A stretch of DNA of 64,000 nt from Verrucomicrobiota bacterium (lineage in GTDB: Bacteria; Verrucomicrobiota; Verrucomicrobiia; Opitutales; Seribacteraceae). Below are positions 1 through 8,576 of the stretch, in pieces. Numbering within the stretch: the stretch's first letter is position 1; every line of letters starts with the position of its first letter. The position numbers and the translations under genes are program-made. The stretch covers positions 32,001-96,000 of the forward strand of contig JAQBYT010000002.1 of assembly GCA_027622665.1 (NCBI GenBank). Reading direction: 5' to 3'. The notes beneath the pieces were generated by a model, which was not told the DNA's origin, did no database searches, and was given only the letters and a program-made list of their open reading frames with translations.

Positions 1-600
1 CAGCATGTCGTTATTGTCTTTAGTATAGGAGTTAAAGATTTTTTCAGATATATTATCCGTCTCGTAAAGCATCTTATAAGCACTATATGAATAAAAGCAT
101 TTGTCCGTTGTGTCCATGATCATTGCTTTACTTCGGGTAAACTTTTTTCCTTTCAGTTGAAGTAAAACATATAAAACAGTTCGCTCTTTAAGTTTTTTAA
201 ATTCTTTTTTGATGATTTTAGGATTTTCAGTAGCCATTGTCGGAAGCATCAGCTCAACAAACAACTTTTCTAAATATGCTTGTCGCAGTTGTTCGTTTGC
301 TAGTTCACCATTAAGTGCCGGCTCATAAAGTTGATAGTCTATTCGAGTTGTGTTGGATCTTGGCCAAAGAGGGTAAAACTGGACATATCCACCGCCCTTT
401 GCTGTCATTTCGTCATACTCAGAATGGTCCGTTTCGAAATAGTGGTTATTATAGGAAAACATACCGTTAGGAGACGTATACGAACCACGACATGTACCTG
501 TTTTTAGTGAATCTAAGTCGGGTTGAACCGGGAACGGCGTGGCAGTTTTACAGCCACTAAATAATGTTAATAATATCACTACAATTATTGCTTTGATCAT
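1..600 (-). CDS. Hypothetical lipoprotein, gene cassette (3' end off window)
   Basis: ATG at 600, open to the window edge; MIKAIIVVILLTLFSG-C lipobox; AT-rich; follows the attC at 667-737. Not in the ORF track. Confidence 0.75.
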   Translation of the reverse strand, partial: MIKAIIVVILLTLFSGCKTATPFPVQPDLDSLKTGTCRGSYTSPNGMFSYNNHYFETDHSEYDEMTAKGGGYVQFYPLWPRSNTTRIDYQLYEPALNGELANEQLRQAYLEKLFVELMLPTMATENPKIIKKEFKKLKERTVLYVLLQLKGKKFTRSKAMIMDTTDKCFYSYSAYKMLYETDNISEKIFNSYTKDNNDML

Positions 601-666
601 TTATTTTAAATTTTTCTTTTTTTGAATTGTGAATTGCTTTTTCGTGAGTTTTTATTTTCCTCTCAA

Positions 667-737
667 CTATAACGTAGAGGCTACTCAGCTCTGAAGCGCG
701 GAGCGCGAAAGGGCTTGAGTATACTGACTGGATCTAC
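667..737 (-). repeat. attC site
   Basis: Minus strand R'' GTAGATC ... R' GTTATAG; inner arms TACTCAAGCCCTTTCGCG / CGCGCTTCAGAGCTGAGTA with an extrahelical base. Confidence 0.75.
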
Positions 738-996
738 GCTTCATTTGGTTGAGTGGTTGTGGTTGTGGTTGGTCTTTGGTCCATTCGTCTTCTTTTCATT
801 CTTTCTAGGAAAATCCAATCGTTCCCCCAAGGCCAAAGATCACACCAATTACGTATCCGATCAGATAACCGGAAAATCCTGAATCTATCGTGCTTCCAAG
901 CATGATTGCTCCGAGAATTCCAAGTGCCTGCGAGATGATGAGTAAAATGGTGAGATTCGCGCGGATTCGTTCGAAGACTGTTTTTCTCTTTTCCAT
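734..996 (-). pseudogene. Small 2-TM membrane protein cassette, probably frameshifted near 810
   Basis: ORF 805-996 is hydrophobic; one extra T in the T-run extends it (FFLERMKRRRMDQRPTTTTTTQPNEA*) to a TAG inside the R'' box, a typical cassette geometry. Confidence 0.5.
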
Positions 997-1004
997 TTTA
1001 TTCT

Positions 1005-1073
1005 GTAGATCACCGAAGTCACCGGATTTGAAGAGGGAAGGGATGAGAATTCCGGTGCACTGTTTTGTTATTT
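1005..1073 (-). repeat. attC site with GAT core
   Basis: Minus strand AAATAAC-AAAACAGTGCACCGGAAT...ATCCGGTGACTTCGGT-GATCTAC; inverted arms CACCGGA/TCCGGTG. Confidence 0.75.
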
Positions 1074-1153
1074 ATAAGAAGACGAAACTGAAATCATTCA
1101 GAATAATCGTCTTTATTTAGATTAAGAATTCAATTCCGCTCGTTTGTTATGCC

Positions 1154-1591
1154 TCACTTGAGTTTCCAAGTCACAGTCTTGAGTCCGTAGTAAACGCTGT
1201 CTTTCTCAATGTTGGTACCTGGAGGCATCGGCATACCCTGCGGAACGCCATCGGTGCCTTGCTTGTCCTAGTCCCAGATGAACATTGGCCATCGCATTTT
1301 TACCACCTTGCCAGTGACAACAATGACTTGGCCGACTTGGTCTAAGGGAATTGCCACCTTGTCGCCTAATAGAAAGATGGTTTCGTCGCCAACTTTCACA
1401 GCGGGATCGTTTTCCTTGATGTGAGGCGAACTCGAGGCAATACCTTCGAATTGATGTCGCGAGCCAACCAATCGCTCGAGTGTGGGGTTGCGAACATTAA
1501 CCGGGGCCGCTTCGGCTGCGCCAGAACCAGAAGAACTATCCGATGAACAGGAGGCTAGGAACAACACAATAACTGTGGACAGTATTCTCAT
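1154..1591 (-). pseudogene. Lipoprotein cassette with in-frame TAG at 1268-1270
   Basis: MRILSTVIVLFLAS-C lipobox; the frame continues past TAG (DKQGTDGVPQGMPMPPG...WKLK) to TGA at 1154, next to R'' GCATAAC. Confidence 0.7.
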
Positions 1592-1605
1592 AGGGATCTC
1601 GGTAG

Positions 1606-1730
1606 TCATAACGTCAAAGTGAGGCACGGCTGACCGGGAGCGTGCATCCGATGCGGGACAGGGGTTGCAATTACGGTGCATCTTTCGAGTCGGGGCGTGT
1701 CAGCCGTTGCTCTCCATGCACTTGTTTGAC
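1606..1730 (-). repeat. attC site
   Basis: Minus strand R'' GTCAAAC ... R' GTTATGA; arms GCAACGGCTGAC / GTCAGCCGTGC. Confidence 0.85.
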
Positions 1731-2758
1731 CTTTGGGGTTCAACCTGCGCAATATCAGCAAACCACGCCTGTAGCTGAGCAAGATCCTCTGTTCGTGGTG
1801 GCTCAATATACTCGCATGCCTCGCCGTACAAGGAGGTGAGGCTCTTCCATTCAGTCGTCCGGCGAGGCCAACGGGCGACCGACGAATCCCAAAAATCAGT
1901 CTGTACAAGGCTGTGATGATGCGGAAAATACTCACGCCAGTTATCAACCAAATGATCATAGTCAGCCTTATCGATAATCTCGACATGGTTTATATCGTAA
2001 CTCGGAGACTCGTTCCAGCTGTCCAGAATGAGTTTCCGAGCGCGGAAATCCGTCCTGGGGCCGCCGTAGCCGAAAATCGTCAAGTGGAACGCAGAGGCTA
2101 ACGCGTTCGTCGTGGTGTTCCAATCGCGAATAATTATCTCATCACGGGTATAGTCCTTGTCGTCATCGGGAAAGAATAACCCGCTGCGCTCCAAAGCGCG
2201 GGAACATGTCGGACATCGTTCGCCGATCACTCCCATCACATCATGCTCTGGACACGTCGCAAAGTTTACTGACCCATGAAGAAATCGGATGTCGGGAAGT
2301 TCAGCTACATCTCGGTTCCTACGATGCGCTTCCATGAGAAATGGATCCCAATTGAATGTGGCAATGAGGTCCTTTCCTCTCAATCCAAGGACGAGATAAT
2401 CATAGATAGTTGCGCGGTCCGGGAGCTGTAGTCCTGAAAAATACTCTTCTATCTTCGCCTCGACAGCCCTCAGCTCGGCCTCATATGTACCAGTCGAGCG
2501 AATCCACGAAAACTGTGTTTCAAAGTTGCCTTGAGGCGGAGAAGCATTGGCGACCAAATCCGTTCAACACTCGCCTACGATCGTTGGAAGGTCGTTCATT
2601 CCGGGCAGAATGTTCCCATTACGGTCGCCTTCCGGAAAACTAGCCATGCTCGCACCGGCGCCAAGTAACACAACATGCGGTTTTGGTGGAGCAAAGGGCT
2701 TACCGACAAGGTGCTCGCGTGTACCTGTTGCGGGCGTTTGATGATCCGCTATCGGCAT
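1700..2758 (-). pseudogene. Sir2-like (SIR2_2-type) protein cassette split by in-frame TGA at 2564-2566
   Basis: ORFs 2564-2758 and 1700-2557 share a frame; motifs VVLLGAGAS, TFNWD, LHGS, FGYG; CxxH...CxxC insert. Confidence 0.8.
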
Positions 2759-2768
2759 TACTTCTTTG

Positions 2769-2844
2769 GTCCAACGCTAAGCTGTGGGACTGGTTTGCGA
2801 GTGCTAGCGAGCAATACCAGTTCTACAAGAGCGTCTTGTTGGCT
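2769..2844 (-). repeat. attC site
   Basis: Minus strand R'' AGCCAAC ... R' GTTGGAC; arms ACTGGT.TTGC / GCAAACCAGT. Confidence 0.85.
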
Positions 2845-3497
2845 CATTTTTTGAAGTTGATTCTAAGATCATCATGTGGGATGTCGCGCGCCTTGACCAA
2901 CTCTGAGTAGCGAAGGCCGCGCGTAAGTGATGAAATAAGTGAATCCCCAGCTGCCCGGAGGATACAATCATTATATAGAGTTTGAGAGTCGGTGAAGTAG
3001 AGCTCGATGTGATTCAGTACGCCTCGCAAAGACTCAAGTGCAGTCTCTATCTCTTCGCGCGAAGGTCCAGCGCATGATACGACCGATGTTTCTAGCTTTG
3101 TCGCGAGGTCGAGGTGTGCGATAGCCTTATTCCTCCGAGTGCGAACATTCTCTGTATGGCTCTCGAAAATATCAATCAATGGTTCCAACTCACTCGCAAG
3201 GGTCGCCTCGTTGACCTTTCGCACCTCAACCAAGAGTCTTCGAAGAGTGAGATTTTTGCGTGCACCGGATCCGGCAGGATCCCCGAGCCGACTTATCGAA
3301 AGTTGTATGTCGTTAAGCATCATGCCTTGAATCATTGAAAAGGCAGTAGATGCGGAACGATTCAATATGCTGACTCGGTGTTCATCGGTTCCAAACAATT
3401 GGCGATACAAAATCCACCGTCCATGGGTCCACATGACTTCGTCTTTGATGGATCTCCAGATTTCGCTAAGTTCGCTAGGGATTGTCTTTGTAGTCAT
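2844..3497 (-). CDS. HEPN-domain protein (AbiU2-like), first cassette of left array
   Basis: Helical 217 aa protein with R-x4-6-H motif RNKAIAH, plus ISRLGDP and NLTL motifs; bounded by GTTGGCT (3509-3503) and AGCCAAC. Confidence 0.75.
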   Translation of the reverse strand: MTTKTIPSELSEIWRSIKDEVMWTHGRWILYRQLFGTDEHRVSILNRSASTAFSMIQGMMLNDIQLSISRLGDPAGSGARKNLTLRRLLVEVRKVNEATLASELEPLIDIFESHTENVRTRRNKAIAHLDLATKLETSVVSCAGPSREEIETALESLRGVLNHIELYFTDSQTLYNDCILRAAGDSLISSLTRGLRYSELVKARDIPHDDLRINFKK

Positions 3498-3502
3498 TGT
3501 CT

Positions 3503-3735
3503 AGCCAACAAGTTATTCTATGATGTTCATCTTTCACCCCTTTTGGCAGGATATTCAATCGCAATCATGGGGAATCAGTGGAATCCGTTTCGATATCACC
3601 TCATTTGGCAGGATATCCGATCCCCATGATCATTCCATTTGGGAGGATCATTGAACGCCTGTGCGCTCTTATTTGGTGGCCTGCCGGCCAAGCGTTCAAT
3701 TGTCGAATATCCGTTTTGGTAAGAATTCGACACCG
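3503..3735 (-). promoter_or_regulatory. Putative attI/Pc-like platform of left array
   Basis: ATAGAAT-AACTT-GTTGGCT simple site with no attC hairpin upstream; direct repeat TTTGGCAGGATAT at 3542 and 3604; several short inverted repeats. Confidence 0.45.
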
Positions 3736-3826
3736 ACCTGATAAATCCATGCAGACAGACGCTCGTAAATCTCACTATTGTTAGCTAACGTTCAACCAAA
3801 TCAATTTTTAGTCACAAGAAAATCAA

Positions 3827-4933
3827 ATGCACACGTCGACCCCAAAGGTTTTATGCTTGGCAGTCCTAAGCTTGCTTGCTGTCGGTTCCTTGCTGGCCAA
3901 GCCCGATCCGTCTGATTCGGCTCCCTGGACTTTCGTCAGCATACCCGACTTCCTGAACTTCGACATCGAGTACCCGCAGAAAGGATGGGAGGGCGCCCTC
4001 GGGTTCATCGTGGGTTCCATGAAAAAGGAAGATCCGGCCTTCGCCCTGGTGGCGGGCGACCTCGTCATGGGGCACTGGGGAACCAAGAAGGAGGAGGTCG
4101 ATCAGTGGGCGAAGAAGTATTACCCAGGTTGGGTTCAACGCTTCAAGGACCACGGACTCAAGGTCTACGCTGCCCTCGGTGACCATGAGGTCGCCGACAA
4201 TCCCTGGCGGGGAGCGGTGGCCACCGCCGTGCCTTTTTACAAGGATGCCTTTCGGCGACATCTCAAGATGCCCTTGAACGGTCCCGACCACATGAAGGGG
4301 ACTGCCTTTTATTGGCTCCACAAGAATGCCTTGTTCGTCTCGGTCGACGTGTTCGAGAAGGGCAAGAGCAACCAAGGCGAGATTGCCGCCGGGGTGACCG
4401 GCAAGCAACTCGAGTGGTTTGAAAGGGTACTCAGAGAGCACGGACCCAAGGTGAACCATATCGTGGTTATGGGGCACACTCCCATTCTTCGCCCAGTCAG
4501 GACCTACAGTTCATCAGGGATGCTGACCGTCAAGGGACGTGACTCGGACTTTTGGAAGCTTATGGCCAAACATGGCGTCGACCTTTATCTTTGCGGGGAG
4601 GTGCATGCCGTGACCTGCACCCGGCGCGACGGTATCCAGCAAATCGCCCACGGTGGTCTGATCGGGCGCACGACCAAGCCCAACTACCTGCTTGTGACCG
4701 TGCATGAGGATAAGCTCGAGCTGGACCTCAAGGAGATCGACCTGATCAACGGCAAGGGACGGCTCTGGCAAAAAAACAAGAGCAAGGGGCCATGGGACAC
4801 GATAACCATTACCCGGGAACGCAAGAAGCGGGGTTTTACCTCGATCGGGAAGGTCTCCATAAACAAAGAGACGGACGCCAAGAAGTTCGAGGCCGCCACC
4901 GGCTTTTTCACCGAGAAAGACAACCCAAAATAG
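3827..4933 (+). CDS. Secreted calcineurin-like metallophosphoesterase
   Basis: Signal peptide; SIPD, AGD, GDHE, GH and GEVH metal-binding motifs. Confidence 0.8.
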   Translation: MHTSTPKVLCLAVLSLLAVGSLLAKPDPSDSAPWTFVSIPDFLNFDIEYPQKGWEGALGFIVGSMKKEDPAFALVAGDLVMGHWGTKKEEVDQWAKKYYPGWVQRFKDHGLKVYAALGDHEVADNPWRGAVATAVPFYKDAFRRHLKMPLNGPDHMKGTAFYWLHKNALFVSVDVFEKGKSNQGEIAAGVTGKQLEWFERVLREHGPKVNHIVVMGHTPILRPVRTYSSSGMLTVKGRDSDFWKLMAKHGVDLYLCGEVHAVTCTRRDGIQQIAHGGLIGRTTKPNYLLVTVHEDKLELDLKEIDLINGKGRLWQKNKSKGPWDTITITRERKKRGFTSIGKVSINKETDAKKFEAATGFFTEKDNPK

Positions 4934-4957
4934 TACCTGCAAGCCTTGCAAGTGGAT
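4928..4957 (+). repeat. 30-bp palindrome-containing direct repeat, copy 1
   Basis: AAATAGTACCTGCAAGCCTTGCAAGTGGAT; 28/30 identical to 9132-9161. Confidence 0.85.
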
Positions 4958-5159
4958 GCTCATGACTTCAAGCCATCTTTACGGGTTTAATATTCGACAT
5001 AAATCCGTCCTGGAGGATCCTGAGTTGGTGCCAAGTCCTTCATGAAACACCAACTTGAAATAATAAAATTTGCATTTCAAAAGGGGCTTTTTGAAAATTC
5101 AATTGCTTATCACTAAAATTAAATTTCCCCCTTTTAACTACTATTGAATTATTCTTTTT

Positions 5160-5191
5160 TACATGTAAATAATGGATACTATAAGTTCTGC
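5160..5191 (+). promoter_or_regulatory. Putative attI-like site of right array
   Basis: TGGATAC-TATAA-GTTCTGC; GTTCTGC is the exact complement of the R'' GCAGAAC (5858) closing this cassette; very AT-rich upstream, no attC hairpin. Confidence 0.5.
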
Positions 5192-5237
5192 AAAATGAAA
5201 TGAACGAATCCAAAGCATTGAATGTCTAATCAACTTG

Positions 5238-5855
5238 ATGACTGAAAAATCGAATTCTACAATTGAAAGGCTTCGCAAGCCAATTTCACGACTAATCGCA
5301 TTCATGCTGATTCTTATGGCTCTGCTTACAGTGCCAATAAATTTTGAAGACGGAGTTCATGAAGCTTTGGAGATTTTCGGCTATTTTTTACTGCTTACGG
5401 CAGGACTTGGTAGAATTTGGTGCTCTATTTACATTGCTGGCAGGAAGGATAAAATATTATGCACAGATGGTCCGTATTCAATTTGCAGGAATCCACTTTA
5501 CCTTTTTTCCTTTATAGGGGTCATTGGTGCATTTTTGGCATTTCAAAGTATTTTGCTCACAGTCATGGCATCTGCTATCTACTTATTGTATTATCGATTC
5601 GTTATTAAGAGTGAAGAAATAAGGCTGCTCGATATTTTTAAAGTTTCGTTTTCAGAATATATCAGCACTACCCCCCGATTTTTCCCAAGATTTTCTTCAT
5701 ATCAGAGTAGTGTAGCCGAAAGAATTACCTCAACAAAAGTTATCGAAAGGGGCTTGAGAGAAGCCGTTTGGTTTTTTATAGCTATAGCATTGATTGACAC
5801 AATTGAAGTCATTCACCGCCAAGGTTTCATGATATTGGCGACACTGCCATTCTAA
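5238..5855 (+). CDS. Isoprenylcysteine carboxyl methyltransferase (Ste14/PEMT) family membrane protein, cassette
   Basis: Multi-TM; TDGPYSICRNPLY, EE and PRF motifs. Confidence 0.85.
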   Translation: MTEKSNSTIERLRKPISRLIAFMLILMALLTVPINFEDGVHEALEIFGYFLLLTAGLGRIWCSIYIAGRKDKILCTDGPYSICRNPLYLFSFIGVIGAFLAFQSILLTVMASAIYLLYYRFVIKSEEIRLLDIFKVSFSEYISTTPRFFPRFSSYQSSVAERITSTKVIERGLREAVWFFIAIALIDTIEVIHRQGFMILATLPF

Positions 5856-5857
5856 AG

Positions 5858-5938
5858 GCAGAACAAGGCAGTGGAGGACAACTCCGTTACGCGCTCCGCA
5901 CTCCACGCTCCACTCCATGCCTACCTTTGACGTTATGT
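5858..5938 (+). repeat. attC site
   Basis: GCAGAAC-AAGGCAGTGGAG...CTCCATGCCT...GTTATGT. Confidence 0.75.
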
Positions 5939-5972
5939 AAAAGTAAAAAATGAATTGTCTTATTTATGTTAT

Positions 5973-5990
5973 TGTGTAAGTTCCTACACA
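5973..5990 (+). promoter_or_regulatory. Palindromic operator of vapBC
   Basis: TGTGTA-N6-TACACA abutting the start codon. Confidence 0.55.
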
Positions 5991-6190
5991 TGCCTACCAA
6001 TTTAGCAATAGACGATAATTTACTTGTAAAAGCCTTGAAGGTCAGTGGTCTTAAAACGAAAAAAGATACTGTAAATCAAGCCCTTAAGGAATTTGTTCTG
6101 AAAAGAGAGCAGAAGAAGATTTTAGACTTTTTTGGAGTTGTTGATTATTATGATGATTATGACCCGAAGGCAGATCGAAGGAAATCGTAA
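5990..6190 (+). CDS. vapB: VapB-family antitoxin
   Basis: MPTNLAIDDNLL...TKKDTVNQALKEFV; overlaps the PIN toxin start. Confidence 0.85.
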   Translation: MPTNLAIDDNLLVKALKVSGLKTKKDTVNQALKEFVLKREQKKILDFFGVVDYYDDYDPKADRRKS

Positions 6191-6588
6191 TGGTTATTGT
6201 AGATTCTGATGTGTGGTCAGAGGTATTTCGATCTAGGGCAGGGAAAGCGTCCAAGTATTTCGATAAGTTAGCGAAGTTAATTGAGGATGAAGACGTTGTT
6301 CTTTTGGGAGCGATACGCCAAGAGGTTTTATCAGGTATAAAGTCTAAAGAACAATTTGATTCCCTAAAAAAGGTTTTGAGATCATTTCCAGATGTTTCGT
6401 TACCTGAAGCAATTTATGAGATGGCAGCATCATTTTATAATATTTGCCGAAGTAATGGAGTTCCAGGATCGTATGCCGATTTCTTGATATGTGCTTGTAG
6501 TGTGTTTTATAAATTAGAGATTTTATCGAATGATAGAGAATATATTCATTATTCAAAACATATTCCTATCAAGGTTTGTAAGCTATAG
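6190..6588 (+). CDS. vapC: VapC PIN-domain toxin
   Basis: IVDSDVW, QEVLSG, DFLI and SND acidic PIN residues. Confidence 0.88.
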   Translation: MVIVDSDVWSEVFRSRAGKASKYFDKLAKLIEDEDVVLLGAIRQEVLSGIKSKEQFDSLKKVLRSFPDVSLPEAIYEMAASFYNICRSNGVPGSYADFLICACSVFYKLEILSNDREYIHYSKHIPIKVCKL

Positions 6589-6594
6589 GAATCA

Positions 6595-6725
6595 GCATAA
6601 CAATTGGATGGAGGGTAATCCCCAACACGGTTTTAATTATATTGAAGTATTGGTTCCCTATTACAGTTTTTGAAGATTTGAAGCGATGGAGTAAAGTTGG
6701 GGATACCTCATCCTGTGCGTCAGGT
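6595..6725 (+). repeat. attC site (long; R' degenerate GTCAGGT)
   Basis: GCATAAC...GGATGGAGGGTAATCCCCAAC / GTTGGGGATACCTCATCC arms. Confidence 0.75.
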
Positions 6726-6774
6726 ACGAAAAAAAGTTTACAATGTGCTACATTTTGCTACATATCTTTATTGC

Positions 6775-6993
6775 ATGAGCACCGTAATAAGAATTTCCGA
6801 TCACTTGGCAAAAGAAGCGAAGACCAGATCAAAGGTAGAGCACCGCTCGATGACTTCACAATTGGAGTATTGGGCGACCATCGGCAAAACCGCAGAAGAA
6901 AACCCTGATTTACCGTTCAGTTTCATCAAGGAAACACTTCTGGCGATCGAGGAAATGAAGGAATGCCCAAAGGAGGAATATACCTTTGGGTGA
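6775..6993 (+). CDS. ParD-like antitoxin
   Basis: RS..QLEYWA.IGK.AEENPDLP signature; TGCTACA direct repeats upstream. Confidence 0.85.
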   Translation: MSTVIRISDHLAKEAKTRSKVEHRSMTSQLEYWATIGKTAEENPDLPFSFIKETLLAIEEMKECPKEEYTFG

Positions 6994-7273
6994 AAGGAAG
7001 ATTTTTGTCTCATCTGCCTTCGGGCGAAAAATTAAAAAGCTGAAGAAGCGGGAAAAGAAGGAACTTGATGACGCGGTTCTAGATCTTTCGAACGATCCAA
7101 GTGTTGCAGAAGAGAAAGTTGGCGATCTAGCAGGAGTTTCGGTCTATAAGTTTAAGATCAATAAACAGTCGGTTCTATTGCCTTATGCATACGACGAGAA
7201 TGAAATTAACCTCCTGACATTTGGATGCCATGAGAACTTCTATCGGAATCTGAAAAAATACAAAAAAGCCTAA
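6986..7273 (+). CDS. RelE/ParE-family toxin
   Basis: KVGDLAGVSVYKFK...GCHENFYRNLK; overlaps the antitoxin. Confidence 0.85.
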   Translation: MGERKIFVSSAFGRKIKKLKKREKKELDDAVLDLSNDPSVAEEKVGDLAGVSVYKFKINKQSVLLPYAYDENEINLLTFGCHENFYRNLKKYKKA

Positions 7274-7322
7274 CCAGACGGAGAGAGCAAAACCGTTGGC
7301 GCACTCATCCTCCACATTATGC
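7268..7322 (+). repeat. Degenerate short attC
   Basis: GCCTAAC containing the toxin stop ... ATTATGC, complementary to the next R'' GCATAAC except the first base. Confidence 0.55.
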
Positions 7323-7383
7323 GAGGGAAAAGAATCAAACTATAAGAAGAAGAAAGAAACACACGCTCTCAATCCTTGGGACG

Positions 7384-7887
7384 ATGCTGATTTTTGTGCT
7401 ACTGTCCGGACTGCTCGTCGGATGTATGACATACCGAAAATAACAGTGGTTCGGCGGTATGACCACGATTCAACTGGAGGATGGAACGAAGGTTGGCTTG
7501 TGGTTTGACCCTGCCGACCGTCGACCGGACATACCTCTATTGGGTCGTTATTCGGTCAGTACACCACCCTATGCGCTACAGATTTATTTTCCGGATTTCG
7601 ACCCCGCTTGGGAATCCGCTGAGATTGATGAAGTGATCGTAGCATACAATGACGGCACCACGGATAAGCGAACGGACGGTGGCGTCGTGTGGCGGATAAG
7701 AAGTAAAGAGATGACGCTATATAGAGGACCACTTAAAGACCTCGTGACGCGTCACGAAAGCGGCAACATCACTGTAACGGGTAGTATTTCGGCGAAAACT
7801 GGCAAGAAAACTGGCTTTTCCTTCTCGCACAAATTTGAGGCAGAGCCTAAGGATTCTGGGATCGCACCTTACTGGTCTGGTGGGTGA
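7384..7887 (+). pseudogene. Lipoprotein cassette with in-frame TAA at 7441-7443
   Basis: MLIFVLLSGLLVG-C MTYRK*QWFGG continues in frame into ORF 7459-7887. Confidence 0.7.
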
Positions 7888-7907
7888 AAAGGCAAGAAGG
7901 GTAGCCC

Positions 7908-7965
7908 GCATAACGAGCAGGTGCTGCCGGACGGCTAATCGCCGCCGCAGACCTATGTGCTCACG
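7908..7965 (+). repeat. Short attC (R' degenerate)
   Basis: GCATAAC-GAGC-AGGTGCTGCCGG.CGG / CCGCCGCAGACCT arms. Confidence 0.65.
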
Positions 7966-8006
7966 GAAAAATTGACATTATGGCGTTTTAGCGTTTTGGT
8001 GTTTTA

Positions 8007-8228
8007 ATGAAAAGAGCAACCGTGTATTTTGAAGAAGATCTCCACAAGGCCCTAAAAATGAAGTCTGCGGAGATTTCGACGCCTGTCTCCGACCTCGTGA
8101 ATGATGCGGTGAGGTCGGCGCTATTTGAAGATGCAGAAGATCTCGAAGCATTTAAAGAAAGAGAGAAAGAGCCGGTGATCGATTTTGAGTCTTTCGTCAC
8201 GTCTCTGAAAGAAGATGGAAAGCTTTAG
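8007..8228 (+). CDS. CopG/RHH-type antitoxin
   Basis: MKRATVYF..LHKALK..SDLVNDAV..EDAEDL; TTGACA at 7972 and (G/A)G(C/T)GTTTT direct repeats upstream. Confidence 0.8.
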   Translation: MKRATVYFEEDLHKALKMKSAEISTPVSDLVNDAVRSALFEDAEDLEAFKEREKEPVIDFESFVTSLKEDGKL

Positions 8229-8475
8229 AATCGTAATCAAGAAGTCTGCGGCGAAGGAAATCGAAAGAATCGAAAAGAAAGATAGAATTCGCATCATCGA
8301 GAAGATCCGATGTTTGGCGAGTGATCCACGTCAATTCGGCAGCAAGAAACTTTCGGGCCAAGAAAAATACCGGATTCGCCAAGGGAATTACAGGATCTTG
8401 TATCAGGTTATTGATGACGAATTAATCATCAACGTCGTCAAGGTCGGGCATCGGCGAGACATCTACGATAATTAA
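8215..8475 (+). CDS. relE: RelE/StbE toxin
   Basis: KKLSG..YRIRQGNYRILY...VKVGHRRDIY. Confidence 0.9.
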   Translation: MESFRIVIKKSAAKEIERIEKKDRIRIIEKIRCLASDPRQFGSKKLSGQEKYRIRQGNYRILYQVIDDELIINVVKVGHRRDIYDN

Positions 8476-8530
8476 TGTGGCCCAGTCTGAGGCGGCAACG
8501 GCTAACGTCCGCCACGTTTCTGCGTTGAAT
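8476..8530 (+). repeat. Degenerate short attC
   Basis: GGCGG..ACGGCTAACGT-CCGCC hairpin ending in GTTGAAT; shares the ACGGCTA core with the sites at 7908 and 9092. Confidence 0.5.
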
Positions 8531-8539
8531 GAAAAGAAT

Positions 8540-8576
8540 TTGACAGGGCGGGATATGCGTACATTATCCTGTACAT
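8540..8576 (+). promoter_or_regulatory. yefM-yoeB promoter/operator
   Basis: TTGACA at 8540; CGTACA and TGTACA half-sites, the known YefM operator core. Confidence 0.65.

Noticed and set aside
4928..4957. dif/Xer site
   Set aside because: The 9-1-9 palindrome does not fit the 11-6-11 XerC/D layout or consensus.
3510..5184. Integron integrase gene or remnant
   Set aside because: No tyrosine-recombinase motifs (R...HxxR...Y) recognisable in the ORFs I read; a TBLASTN with IntI would settle it.
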